Positions 1 through 11,245 of a DNA stretch of 64,000 nt are shown here, in pieces (position 1 is the stretch's first letter; each line of letters starts with the position of its first letter). The notes under the pieces were generated by a model. That model made no database searches. It worked only from the letters and a program-made list of their open reading frames with translations, and was not told the origin of the DNA. Position numbers and translations under genes: made by a program. The DNA comes from Trypanosoma brucei (Eukaryota), in the NCBI GenBank assembly GCA_000002445.1, contig CP000071.1, positions 160,001 to 224,000 of the forward strand. The letters are read 5' to 3'.

Positions 1-843
1 AGCGTGGTGGGGTTATGCATGCGGAAAAAAAAATTGAGTAGCGCGTCGTACGTTAGTTCATTAGTGTTGTAAGTCACTTGAAGAACTTCTGCATGACCGG
101 TGTCCCCTTTCTTCACCAATTGATAGTTCATCTCAGGAAGCTCTTTTCCTCCCATAAAACCAACCTTGTGGGAAATGAGAGCAGCGCCAAATTGTCGCAC
201 GAAGAAATGTTCGGTTCCCCAAAAGCAACCTGCAGCAAAAGTAGCAACAGCATTTGGGTTCATTTTGTTCGACACAAATAGTGCGTATATGCTGAAAATG
301 AAGAAGTATTCCCTCCCCCACTGCACACGACCGCAAACAGTAACAAGTAAATACAAAATTGATAAATCAACCGCTTACAGTAGCGTGGATAAAGCGTGCA
401 GTTGTAGGAACAGTAGACACTTTGTCGGAGGCTATAAATACTTGAGAGGCAGAAACGATCGGGGTGGGTGAATTATTCGAAAATTTACGAGGACCGTAAG
501 CAATGCCGACTAAAAGGGGTCGAACAAACCGCAACTACCTTCTACGGAAATGACTAGCGGTACCGGAGGGGGGAAAGAGAATCACATAAGTTTGGTGGCC
601 TCGTTACCATTATCTGCTTAAGCGTCTACATGGAAATACAAACTAATACTAGTTGGAGAGGGATGCGAAACGTAAGTAGGATTGGAGAATGGGTAGGGAT
701 ACCCCCTCCACCCTATAGTCACAGTAAAAATAAAGCGGTAAAACAATCCGCACATCGATATGAAGGTTTCCACCGTATTCATTTTCCTTTTTTTCTTCTT
801 CTTCTTCACGACATCGACAACAACATATATTCCTTCTAACACC

Positions 844-2691
844 CTACCGGCCTTTCTTCCGTGAGGTACCCAGGACCTTTCTAATGAGGAAGCGGGTTAT
901 GCCCCCAACAACAAAAGCTGCAAATGACACAATAGCGACTCGCCTCAGTATGCGTATTGTTGTGATGGGTGGACTGGCAACGGCAATCTCCGGCTGTTTG
1001 GCAACAGCATACACATACTCGTTAAGAGTGGCAATCTCTGTTTCCTCAGGGTTTTCCACACTTGTCGCAACCGGTGGCCACAACAATTGGTTTTCACGAC
1101 AAAAGGATTCCATAGCAAGCTGCGCCTCCGCAACGTTTTCCTCAATTTCGTGGGAAACTTCAGCCTTAGTGGCAACAACTATGAAAGGCAAATTGTGGCA
1201 TTTCTGCTGCGAACCAGTGGCTCTCACGTAAGCATCCATGATTGGAGGTGTCGTCTTCGCCACGCGGCTTCCATCATAGCAGAGAAGAACCACGTCCACT
1301 TGTTTTTCCTGCACGACATTTTCTAGTAGCTCACCAGCTGAATCGATAGGAAGAGTAACGTACGCCACTGTTTGAGGCGCTTCTTCCATACCCTTGCGAA
1401 CGAAAAATGTCGTCGTCCGGACATACGTGACCTGCTGTATTGTCTGGTCATCGTAGAGTTCATCATCATTAGCCGTTAAAGTGAAAATAAGACTCCTTCT
1501 ACCGCACCCGGGAGCACCAAGGACCAAGACAGTAATAATATTTGGCACCGTTTCCCCCGGCTCCCGATACGGGCGAGCTCTGCGAAGCTGGAAGAGGATG
1601 CTTGTGTCACCTTTGTAACCCCAGTAAAGAGCATACTGAATAACCACCTCACGCTTCACTAACGCCATGTACTTCCAATATTCGATAAATTTATCCAGTG
1701 GTATCCGAGACTTAATGAAGCCGCTGATGTGCGCCCATGGGCAGCCGGGAGTGACGCTCCACATGTCGTCAATATCGTGGAACCGCTTAAGTTTGTACAA
1801 GTTTCTAAAAAACTGAATGGCATGATGTGATAAATAGGTATTACATTCCTTGCTGACGCGAACAGCGTTTATATCCCGCCAAGAGTATGGCAGCCCGGTG
1901 GGATGTAGACCCGTGATGTGCAGCGTCGCCCATACCTTCCGTGCATCGTTCTTTAACAAATAGGATACTTGGACAGCTTTGAACAAATCGAAATTCATTG
2001 GAATGCTAGCGTTCGGAATTGACACTTCAGCCAGCATATCGGCGATATCACCTTTCGAGAATGAGACTGACGCAGCGGAACGCTGCCATGCCAGAATTTC
2101 TTCCTCATTAAGCACTCCGTCACCATCCTTGTCAAAAAGCCAAAAGGCACGACGTAAGGACAATTCCCCAGTTTCTGTTATGCAGCGGGTACTACTGTTC
2201 CATATGATGTGTAACGGTGAGAGTCCAATGTCAACCACCGCTACCCGTAGATCATTTAAATTATATTGACCATAGTAAAAGTCACAACCCTGTAATAACG
2301 TCAATGCGTCACTCGATGTTCCCGGAATGGAGATGGTGGGTTTATTGTCGTAACTTGCTTTTGAAGAAGGTGTGATGGCACCATGCGTAAGAACAACAAG
2401 ATGACAAGTGGACAAAAGGCGGCTGTCAGCACGCTCGACACCCGAAACAGAGGTACATGTCACTTCATACCGTCGGTTCCAGGCGTGATGTTTATTTTCC
2501 ACCATGCCACCGAGTGCCGCCTCAACTGAACTAAAATCGGTGCCGCACACCAGCACACGAATGGATGCCAGTACCATTGTCGATGTTAAAAGAACACTTA
2601 TTGGTAATAACTTAACAGCAGCTGTTTTTTTTTTAAATGAAAAGGGTCGAAAATTAGAAGGGAAATATACAACGAAATGGTGGTAACGCAC
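844..2691 (-). CDS. Miro-like mitochondrial Rho GTPase (tail-anchored)
   Basis: 615-aa ORF. It has a central EF-hand (LFDKDGDGVLNEEEILAW), a C-terminal GTPase domain with P-loop VLVLGAPGCGRRS, and a C-terminal hydrophobic anchor (VAIVSFAAFVVGGIT) followed by a basic tail. The N-terminal GTPase-like segment (IRVLVCGTDFSS) has a degenerate P-loop. The true start may be the internal Met at about nt 2580. Confidence 0.6.
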   Translation of the reverse strand: MRYHHFVVYFPSNFRPFSFKKKTAAVKLLPISVLLTSTMVLASIRVLVCGTDFSSVEAALGGMVENKHHAWNRRYEVTCTSVSGVERADSRLLSTCHLVVLTHGAITPSSKASYDNKPTISIPGTSSDALTLLQGCDFYYGQYNLNDLRVAVVDIGLSPLHIIWNSSTRCITETGELSLRRAFWLFDKDGDGVLNEEEILAWQRSAASVSFSKGDIADMLAEVSIPNASIPMNFDLFKAVQVSYLLKNDARKVWATLHITGLHPTGLPYSWRDINAVRVSKECNTYLSHHAIQFFRNLYKLKRFHDIDDMWSVTPGCPWAHISGFIKSRIPLDKFIEYWKYMALVKREVVIQYALYWGYKGDTSILFQLRRARPYREPGETVPNIITVLVLGAPGCGRRSLIFTLTANDDELYDDQTIQQVTYVRTTTFFVRKGMEEAPQTVAYVTLPIDSAGELLENVVQEKQVDVVLLCYDGSRVAKTTPPIMDAYVRATGSQQKCHNLPFIVVATKAEVSHEIEENVAEAQLAMESFCRENQLLWPPVATSVENPEETEIATLNEYVYAVAKQPEIAVASPPITTIRILRRVAIVSFAAFVVGGITRFLIRKVLGTSRKKGR

Positions 2692-2699
2692 TCAACAAA

Positions 2700-2860
2700 G
2701 AACAAAAAAAAATCTACCCATCCGAAAGGGTGACGAAGAGGGGAATGAGCGAATACAAACTTGCACATTCGGTAGCCAATAGGGAAAAGGGACAAAGGAG
2801 AAAGAACGCCTATAACCATATGCCTCAGAAAAGAAAAAGGAATTTTAGAAACACTCAACT
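2700..2860 (-). promoter_or_regulatory. polypyrimidine-rich tract on coding strand upstream of Miro-like CDS (candidate SL trans-splice signal region)
   Basis: The plus strand here is A/G-rich (aaagaacaaaaaaaaatc...gggaaaagggacaaaggagaaagaacg), so the minus strand is poly-Y. It sits immediately 5' of the minus-strand CDS. Confidence 0.35.
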
Positions 2861-3208
2861 TCCAATCGGTGGAAGAAAAGGTCGCGCGAGTGGAACACGG
2901 AAAATCATCGGATTCGTGCAGTGCATATCCTGTTGCTAGTTTCCCTCCGCCTGCTTCGTGTCTTTGGTTTTGTCTTCATTCTTCCCTTTCCATCTGTTCG
3001 CCTCGTCTCTTCTGTGGATATGCATCGCAGCAAGGAAGCATGGAGATGAGTTGATCACCTTCACGGACCTTCAAGGATGGGGAAAGCACAGGGTTAAATG
3101 ACAAAACATATTTTTGCTTGGGAGATTAACGTACGTGAAAACACGTCTTTCCTTGCGGCTTTTGGAGGAACATGTGGGCACACCTCTCCTTTTCAACACC
3201 ACACCCCA

Positions 3209-4204
3209 TTAGTCCTCCTTCTCTTCGTTCTGATCGTCGTGCTTACCCTGTAGAGTTTCTTCCTTGCTCTGTCGCTCTAACTCTTTCTCCAACTCATTTG
3301 CAAAAGCCTCGTCATCGGCAGTATTTGTTGCGTTTGACCCCGCCGCAGCCTGTCCTTTATTAGCCTCCTGAAGAGACAAAAGCAACGCCCGACGTAACAT
3401 CTCCTCTTCGGTCATATTTTCCAGGCTTAGTGCCTCCTCATCCATGTTTATATCCGTTCTCTCCACCGTTTCACTTTCAGCAGCATTAGAATTTAAAGCC
3501 GCCGCCGCCGCCTGACGTCGCTCCTCCTCTTCAAGCGACATTTGAATGGCGAGCACCATTTCCGGGTCCATGGTCGGATCCACGGAGAAACCTGCAGAAG
3601 AACCATTGAAGCCTCCTCCACTTACACTGCTGTCCTCCCCCATAAATATGGCGCTCGACATCAAACTGTCAATGAGAGGAACTTTAGCTGGTACGCTTAA
3701 GAACCGTGAATTTCCATTATTACTGAGCCTCTCAACGAATGCAGTCAGGCGCGGAACGTTCGAAGGTACACCTACACTTACAACATCGACTGCTACGCTT
3801 TCTTTACGAAGTTTCTTCGCCAACTTCTCCAACTCACCGTCTGTTTCTCCTAGCGGAGTACCAATAAAGGCGACGATACGTTTTTCTGCACGCGGGTTAG
3901 TTCGGTGGCTTAAGGCAAGGCACGCAATTTGCAGCCCTTTGGAAAAGTGGCATTGTTTTCCACTGATTGAAATCTTCGACATGGTGGACATAACGCGATC
4001 CACATCTGAGGTGAGGGTTTCAAAGACTGTACAGGCATTGCCTCCGAGTGTCAAGAAACCCACAGTGTTCTCAGCGTTGGCTGATGTTTTCGCATTGGCC
4101 AACAAAGTTGCCGCCTCCTGTACAACAAAGAAACGATTGGGATGTTGATCTCCATTTCTCATAAACTCCGAGGAATCTAGACAGAGAAAGCAAGCCTCAG
4201 GCAT
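3209..4204 (-). CDS. RPN10: 26S proteasome regulatory subunit Rpn10 (VWA domain plus two UIMs)
   Basis: N-terminus MPEACFLCLDSSEFMRNGD is typical of the Rpn10/S5a VWA domain. C-terminal ubiquitin-interacting motifs are EMVLAIQMSLEEEE and EEEMLRRALLLSLQEA. Confidence 0.8.
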   Translation of the reverse strand: MPEACFLCLDSSEFMRNGDQHPNRFFVVQEAATLLANAKTSANAENTVGFLTLGGNACTVFETLTSDVDRVMSTMSKISISGKQCHFSKGLQIACLALSHRTNPRAEKRIVAFIGTPLGETDGELEKLAKKLRKESVAVDVVSVGVPSNVPRLTAFVERLSNNGNSRFLSVPAKVPLIDSLMSSAIFMGEDSSVSGGGFNGSSAGFSVDPTMDPEMVLAIQMSLEEEERRQAAAAALNSNAAESETVERTDINMDEEALSLENMTEEEMLRRALLLSLQEANKGQAAAGSNATNTADDEAFANELEKELERQSKEETLQGKHDDQNEEKED

Positions 4205-4336
4205 TGTTAGGACGTACCTCGCGATGCAAATTGAAGTAGATCCGTATACTTCAACAGGTGATTATTACCTCTTTTTACTGCTACTTTTTTACTCCTTTTT
4301 CCCCTTCAACTAATTGGTTTCTTCCTTTTGTTTCTT

Positions 4337-4400
4337 TTTTCTCACCTTTCTGGGGCCAGTAGAGGGAAAGCAAAACGGAAAGAGAGGAAGAAGATAAAAT
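4337..4400 (-). promoter_or_regulatory. polypyrimidine tract (coding strand) upstream of Rpn10 CDS
   Basis: The plus strand reads gggaaagcaaaacggaaagagaggaagaagataaaatgg, so the minus strand is CT-rich about 130 nt 5' of the ATG. Confidence 0.35.
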
Positions 4401-4620
4401 GGCACTGTACATAGAACACTGGAGCGTGCTACCATCAACAGATGCAGCTACTTATTTTTGTGTTGGTATTGTTAAAGCGGATTTCCTTTCCCCCTAAACT
4501 CTCTTCCCTTTCACATAAATAAATACTAATAACCTTGCCCCACCAGCCGCCATCTGGCTTCCCTGCTACCTCACACATACACGACACGCAGGATCTGCTT
4601 CACCCTACATCTTAGCGGTA

Positions 4621-5688
4621 CTATGACGGATGCCTCGTTTTTGTTAACGTTTCGGCCAACAAAAGGTGATAAGAATTTAATGCTTCCTTCGCTTGTTGGC
4701 GTACCAAAAAAATAGCTGCTGCACGCCGCCACAACAAAAGCTGTTCCCGCGCCAAAAGCACCTCAGGATCAGATAAAACAGACATGTTGACGCTTGCGGG
4801 ATTCTTGGCGCTGTCCTGAAAGTGGCGAGAGAGTTCCTCCACGTAGCGCATTGCTCCAACCAAATCATGCATTGTGTGCAGCTGTCGGCGGTCGCGAAGG
4901 AGGTGGTTGCGAAGTGCCTGACGCTCCTCCTTCATAATGATATCGCATCTGCTTAACATATTAGCCTCTAATGCGGTGGTAATCTTCCGCAACACACGGC
5001 AAAACACATTTGGTGGGCTTTCCCCCATGCTAGGTTTCTGCAATTCGATATAACGCGCAGCAGCGGCATCCACTGCACGATCAAGTCCTTCCATACAGAA
5101 GACAAAACTATCACTAGACTCACTAATTGAGGTAGGGCAGCTGAAGTTTGTAGCTTCATCCAACAGACTGTCGCACACGACGCGAACAAGAGGCTCAGCG
5201 ACAAGCAGCTGCCGAATTGTCTCGGACACTCTCTGTATTCCTACCTTCTCACCGTGGTTAAGCAGAAGCGCAAAATTGTGAACCTTACTACAAGCCACAT
5301 CGAAACCAATAAACTTCCGCATTTCCCTAGCCATATATTGGTAGTGATTTGTAACCCCCTTGAGAACTCCCAGAGCTTCTGGTAGGGCTCTCAAGTATGA
5401 ATGTGTTTCTTTATTAGTTTGTTTGTACCGCTCGAACCGATCCTTCCAAATTGAATCCATTGCCTCGTGAAGAAGCACTGATTCCTTCCGCTTCTGTCGC
5501 AGCAGCTCAGCTCCAGCTAAACGGGCTTCATCAAGTGCACTCGTTTCCGCAAGAGAATCGGCGTACTGCCTGTCAAGGTCAGCACGGCGGGAGCGTAATT
5601 TGCCCCACCGCGCCCCCCACACTAACGCTCCAGCGAGCGACACGCCACCCGTCACAACGGCGACGCCAAGAGAAGAGTGTGAACTCAT
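4621..5688 (-). CDS. hypothetical protein with N-terminal transmembrane segment and coiled-coil
   Basis: 355-aa ORF in PTU orientation with a hydrophobic stretch near the N-terminus (LGVAVVTGGVSLAGALVWGA). I recognise no family motif. Confidence 0.45.
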   Translation of the reverse strand: MSSHSSLGVAVVTGGVSLAGALVWGARWGKLRSRRADLDRQYADSLAETSALDEARLAGAELLRQKRKESVLLHEAMDSIWKDRFERYKQTNKETHSYLRALPEALGVLKGVTNHYQYMAREMRKFIGFDVACSKVHNFALLLNHGEKVGIQRVSETIRQLLVAEPLVRVVCDSLLDEATNFSCPTSISESSDSFVFCMEGLDRAVDAAAARYIELQKPSMGESPPNVFCRVLRKITTALEANMLSRCDIIMKEERQALRNHLLRDRRQLHTMHDLVGAMRYVEELSRHFQDSAKNPASVNMSVLSDPEVLLAREQLLLWRRAAAIFLVRQQAKEALNSYHLLLAETLTKTRHPS

Positions 5689-6538
5689 TGCACTTTTTTT
5701 CTCTGCATAAGTGTGACGAAATTTTAAAAAATGGAAAGAAGTATGGGAGCACGAATGTTTGAAGGTTCACAAGCCGAGTGTACGGGCATCAGAAAATGTA
5801 ACTGGTGCGGTTCCCTTTGTTTGGATAGGGAAAGCAGGCTGGTGGCGGCAGCTCTAAACATATATGCAGTGATTGTTAATTTTCAAAATAGCCCCCTCCA
5901 AAACATAAATGAAAACCTTGACACCAATGTTTGCATGCACACAGGCATGTAGACCTCGCAAAGACAGTTACACAAGATTCATGTTCTGTCGAACGGTAGC
6001 GTATGGTGGAGATGTGATTAAAAACCCCCTCGACAGTTAGGTTAATAACGATAGTGCGGTCCCAGCTATGGCGTCTGCAGTCACAAGCATACCAACAAAT
6101 AAACTTCGCCACAATGAATAAAGAAGAAAAAATTCGGCAACCGGTCCCCACAGCACTCATACACAACGTTGCTTCACCGAAAGTAGCCACACATTTCGGT
6201 AGTCCTCAGGGAACTCTCCGTTCTTATCACCGATACCATTCTTCACACTCTTATCGTTGGTTCTGGCGGCGCCGGCAAAGCCAACCGCGCGCACGCAATG
6301 AACCCGCAGCGCCCTGATGATAGTATAACCACGGTAGAGTCGCACCCCACTTTAATCCCGTGAAAAGTAAAAAAAAGCCCACAGTAATGATTAGCCGGCT
6401 CGCGAAGAAAGAGAAAGTTAAACATCTGGGTGCCATGATTTCAGAAACAAGTTGTGAGGTTCGTGACAGCGACAACAGTGACTTCTTCGCCTACTTTGGC
6501 TATCCGCATCTCTACGGCACATCGCCAAGGGAAAGTTC

Positions 6539-8575
6539 CTAAAGCTTCGACTGGAGTGGAAGTGCCGTGCGATCATAGAGGTCTTTCACTGCATCTTCGA
6601 TAGCATTCGCAAATGCAATAGCAACATTTGTTTCCTCGCACGCTTGATCTCCAGCCAGGGGGCGCTTACACTCCGTGAACGCAGAAACAGTAAATGAAAG
6701 TTGTTTCGGAGAGAGTGAGTATCCAATGCCAACACCATCAGGATGAGTGGCTGCGAATGAAAAGGAGAGTATTCCCGGGGCCGACATGTTAGACGTCGAC
6801 AAATAATCGGAACAGAGCTCTCGAAGGGCCTGCGAAGCGAAGAACATTTTCTCCACGTGGGTCACACCTTTGTTAACATCCCAAGGCACATCGGTCGAAG
6901 GGTTGTGGTGAAGCCGTTCTTGTACTTCCTTATGGAAACGAGAAAGCAGGGTTACCGCACGATGAAATCCCTTTCCGCTTCGGCAGAGAATAATGCGCTC
7001 ACGGTGCTCCTCACTAACATTATGAAGGGCCGTTCGTATATTTGGAGAAAAACTCCGTTCTCCTTTCGCGGATTCTACCAATTTAGCAAGGGTCTGCGTG
7101 CTATGTGTAACTGTCCTGAGGGTTTCTGTCCGACCGTGATGATACTTTTTCATCAGAAGAGCGCAATAGGTCGAGCGTTGATCCCCAAAAAGTCGCTTCT
7201 GTGCAATGTGAAACGCTGCATGCATGAAAGCATCGGGACTCGATCCACAACGTTGTTTAATTTCGTTGGTCCCAAAGTCGTTTACCCGTCGCAGGGCCAA
7301 TGTCATTTGTTTTACCCTTAGGTTATGATCCCGGTGAAATTTTTGAATATCTTGGAGTACGTGAGTGCAAATGGCATTTCCCCAATGCACCATATGCATA
7401 TGTGCCTCCATTACCGTGAGGCATGTCTTAGGAGGGTCGATTGCACCGGTAAAACATCTGGAAAACGAAACATTGTAGTAATTGACGAAGGCGCATACGG
7501 CAGCGAGAGTGCTTCCGTCGCCCCACGAGTGCTCCATGTTACAGCTGCTTTCGCCATTTGGGCCGATAGCGTATGTAACGTTCATATCGGGGTAACGATT
7601 CTCCGGACAAGCGCCTCCATGTAAACAGCGTGAAAGATCGGTGTTTTCGTCCAAGGCAATACCAAAACTACAGGACGTAATTTCGTCCAGTGCTTCACGT
7701 GAGGACTGTTCTAACCACAGCTTACCAAACGCTCGTGCCCATTTTTTGCGGCAACCGTTGGCCAGAACCAACGGAGTGCTTCTATTTCGCGGTAACGATA
7801 ACGCCTTGCTCTTTAGAGCTTCTATCAGATGTGCATTGGCAATAATTTCCTCCACGCAAATCCTTTCTAAACTGCCATTTCCGTTTATCCCACCGAAACG
7901 AATCCAATCAACAACGAACGCATTACCTCTGTGGAGCACAAGGACTTTGTTTGTGAGAGACCAACGCAATCCGTCTACACCTTCATGAGGAATACGGACG
8001 GTACGAAACAAGCGGGTAAACTGATCGCCACATAAACTGAGATCCAAACGGCACATCTTGGGCACACGACCCTGAAATTCAGGGGTAAAAAACTTTGGAT
8101 TTCCCAGCAAACTGCGGAAATGTAAAGAAGCCGTGCCAATAATGGAAGCGCGTAGGGCCTGCATTGAAACACCAACACCCTTTGCAAGATTGTCAAGAGG
8201 CGGACTATCCAGCTGAAGAGTGTAATTCCAGCCGAAGGGAAGTGGATCTCTGGTGCTGAGGTACATGGCGTTCCACAGAGGTGTCATGTGTGATGTGTGC
8301 AGAGACTCGTTGCAAAATTGCTTGTAGGCCTTTGCGATGGATTCCAACAAACGGAAATAGGCCACTGCATCTCTCAATTGGTCCGGCGCGCATCCTTTGC
8401 TCGCCTGAAGTGACAGCAAAACGCCTCTGATGAATGATAAACTTTCCTCCTTGTTTTCTACATTACCCAGAGGTTCCAGAAACCTTACGTAGCACTCAAG
8501 TATTTCTCGTAGCGATGGAAGCGGTAGCGGCGACTCTTTCGCCACCCGACGTTTCGACGTGGACACCCGTGTCAT
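6539..8575 (-). CDS. carnitine/choline O-acyltransferase family, C-terminal PTS1 (-SKL), probably glycosomal
   Basis: The catalytic His motif MEHSWGDGS matches the carnitine acyltransferase EHSxxDG signature. The ORF ends in ...LPLQSKL immediately before a TAG stop (tcg aag ctt at 6542-6550 on the minus strand). Confidence 0.75.
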   Translation of the reverse strand: MTRVSTSKRRVAKESPLPLPSLREILECYVRFLEPLGNVENKEESLSFIRGVLLSLQASKGCAPDQLRDAVAYFRLLESIAKAYKQFCNESLHTSHMTPLWNAMYLSTRDPLPFGWNYTLQLDSPPLDNLAKGVGVSMQALRASIIGTASLHFRSLLGNPKFFTPEFQGRVPKMCRLDLSLCGDQFTRLFRTVRIPHEGVDGLRWSLTNKVLVLHRGNAFVVDWIRFGGINGNGSLERICVEEIIANAHLIEALKSKALSLPRNRSTPLVLANGCRKKWARAFGKLWLEQSSREALDEITSCSFGIALDENTDLSRCLHGGACPENRYPDMNVTYAIGPNGESSCNMEHSWGDGSTLAAVCAFVNYYNVSFSRCFTGAIDPPKTCLTVMEAHMHMVHWGNAICTHVLQDIQKFHRDHNLRVKQMTLALRRVNDFGTNEIKQRCGSSPDAFMHAAFHIAQKRLFGDQRSTYCALLMKKYHHGRTETLRTVTHSTQTLAKLVESAKGERSFSPNIRTALHNVSEEHRERIILCRSGKGFHRAVTLLSRFHKEVQERLHHNPSTDVPWDVNKGVTHVEKMFFASQALRELCSDYLSTSNMSAPGILSFSFAATHPDGVGIGYSLSPKQLSFTVSAFTECKRPLAGDQACEETNVAIAFANAIEDAVKDLYDRTALPLQSKL

Positions 8576-9983
8576 TTGCTTAACGCACCTTTATCCCGGA
8601 TCACGATAGAGGATGGAAATACGAGTATATATACACATATCTTCTCATCACTGGAGTTGTTAAGGGCATATGATGGAATAGTGGAAAAATACATAAATAC
8701 GGTTCGGTTTTCAGTGTAAAATCACGGACAAACAAACACGGGTTGTAACAACCGTTTTCCCGTTGTGCTGACAAGAAGGATCAGCAGGGAGTGAGCCAAG
8801 AAAAGCTGATGCAAAGAACACAAACGATCCATGACTTAAACTCTCGCAAGAAACCCAGTTGTTTTCAAACCTTCATTAAAATTTCGTTGTGTTCACTTTG
8901 GGTGTGATATTTTCGTCTCATCGTACACGATTTGCTTAACTAATAATAACAACAAATCATCGACGAAAAAAAGGCGAAGCCGTGACAAATGTTAGGATGC
9001 CACCTGATGGTATGAACATGTGTTTCCGATGTAAACACAAACCTTATGCCAAGAACACGGCGTGCAACAATACATCGGTGCACTTCTCTTTAAACCAATC
9101 CTTGAACAAACAATCCGACATTGTAACATACATATATATGTATTTAGTGCATCCTCGAAAGCTTTCCCCGAACACCACCCACCTGAAAAAAAAAGAGTAT
9201 TAAAAGAATAAGAATGCATTTGTATACGGTAACGAAGTGCAGGAACAGGTACGAACGGTGTCATTGCCGACTGGCAATTAATCCGTGGCAAATATACAGT
9301 GGTAGCATCGTCAAAATTGTAAAAGGGAAAAGTTACGTCAAAAAAAAAAAGAATATTTGGCACCAAGCATACTCTTGCATCCCCTTACAACCACGTCCAC
9401 AGTGGCATTCCCACTGCTCAGTCTTTCCCACCCATTGTTTGACATCAACTTATTGCAAGTGGCCCTCATTTTTACCGCGCCGATGGCTCTACGCCTCTGG
9501 TCCCTTTACCTTAGGTGCCATGGTCACAATCGCATGACTTTGCGCTTTTGACTTTGCACGCAGTTCCATCGCTATGGCCTGGGTGTTTTTCTTATGTGCG
9601 CGCTTTATTTCGATTGATTCCTTGGCTGAAACTGTGTGGTGCTTTGCTCCTTGGGCGCGCATTTTAGCCTCGCGTCGACCCTGGTTGACACGATTCTTGT
9701 CGCCACCTCTAGTAATTTTTGCTGAATGTCCCATCACAGCAATGATACGCCCCTAGGTATGTGCTTACGGGTAGTGGTGAGGTAAACCCTTGGAGACACA
9801 AAATACAGGCGTTTGGTGAGAGAGAAATAGCCCTGGAGTACTGTTATGTTTTGTTCGGAATACACAAGGTTTCGCGCACAAAATGGGAAGTACTGCCCAG
9901 AAAAACGGACAACTTACACGAACTTCCAGGGGAAGATGTGGGAGAGGTGCGTTTACAAATCTTAAGTGATGAACACAAAGCAA

Positions 9984-10895
9984 TTAGTTCATCTCACTTT
10001 CGCCACGGCGAATAGCACGGCTTGCCTTCAGCTCCCTTCGTCGTGCATCCACCTGTAGTTCATGTTGGTATTCAGCCCACTGGGAGCGCTCCAGAAATCT
10101 CTGCTTCTCCAAGTAACTATCGTCCTGGCGCTGTTGCCTGAAGCTCTGGAGGGAAACACCTTCCTCTTGCAACTCCTTCGTAAGGTACCGTTCCCACTGC
10201 GCATGTGACTTTTGGATGAGACCTGAAGAGGTTGACATCGTGCGCACGCCAGAAGAATCTCCCATTGCGGACTTCTTTTCCCCTGCCGCAACCCAGTGAC
10301 CGTGTCGCTCACGCTTACGACGGTGTACCACTATGCCACTGCGGTCGAGTTGTGCACATTCACTATGCACTACAGGTCTGAAGTGTTGCGGTTGCGATGC
10401 TTCGGTCGAGCCTTCACCTAAAGGAGCTTTGAGTTTGCGGAAGAAGATTGGGTTCGCTACAGCCAACACTTCATCGAAGCTCTGCGAACGCGCTAGGGCA
10501 TCTGAACTCGACAGAACTGAGAGAAGCCGCTGGAACAGGAGAGCGTTGGAGAAAGTGGACAGAATTACACCGTCATCCGGGTCCAATGTACCTTTCCGCA
10601 TAGAGAAAGGCTCTGCAATTTTTCCGTCATGCAAAGGCACCGTATTTCCGACCTTGCGCTGTGAAAGTAACCTCCGGAGTCGCTGTTCCCGTTCCAAGCG
10701 TTCCGTTGCTACCGCATCACCACAACCCCCTCCTGTTTCCCTTATGCGGTCAGTGATGGAACAAGTAGAGGAGATGAGGGACACGGAGTCTGAAGAGGAA
10801 CTGCGGTTGGATTGTGTAGAAACCGAATCATCACCATTGTCACTACCGGAACTGTTTGCAACATCGGTTGAAGTTGAAGAAGAGCTGGAACTCAT
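9984..10895 (-). CDS. hypothetical protein, Ser-rich N-terminus
   Basis: 303-aa ORF in PTU orientation with an N-terminal poly-Ser tract and a coiled-coil-like C-terminus. No recognisable domain. Confidence 0.45.
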   Translation of the reverse strand: MSSSSSSTSTDVANSSGSDNGDDSVSTQSNRSSSSDSVSLISSTCSITDRIRETGGGCGDAVATERLEREQRLRRLLSQRKVGNTVPLHDGKIAEPFSMRKGTLDPDDGVILSTFSNALLFQRLLSVLSSSDALARSQSFDEVLAVANPIFFRKLKAPLGEGSTEASQPQHFRPVVHSECAQLDRSGIVVHRRKRERHGHWVAAGEKKSAMGDSSGVRTMSTSSGLIQKSHAQWERYLTKELQEEGVSLQSFRQQRQDDSYLEKQRFLERSQWAEYQHELQVDARRRELKASRAIRRGESEMN

Positions 10896-11213
10896 AATCT
10901 GCTAACAAAGTAATGGGTATTCAATAAGGAGTTGACTAAATTTATTCCCAGATGCAAGTTCTCCCCTGCCTTTTTTTCGCCTCCGCCTCGGCCTTCCTGT
11001 CCACTAAGTTTAATAACAGCTATAGAAGCTTTGCACGGTTCCAGAAGTTGATATTCGGTATTGTTCCTTCCTTGTGAGTGCTACATCAAAAGGGAGCGGA
11101 AGCAAATGTGAATTCAACAAACAGTACAAGGGTGGATGTTTTTTCCCCTTCATTTGTATAAAAAAAGTAACGCTATTACTGCGATTGAAAAGGGACACAG
11201 TGTGTTCGGACAA

Positions 11214-11214
<1 letters not shown>

Positions 11215-11244
<30 letters not shown>

Positions 11245-11245
11245 A
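11215..11245. repeat. (TA)n microsatellite
   Basis: Direct read of tatatatatatatatatatatatata. Confidence 0.95.

Noticed and set aside
3546-4148. 200-aa plus-strand ORF
   Set aside because: Antisense to the Rpn10 CDS. Low-complexity S/T/L composition. Wrong orientation for the PTU.
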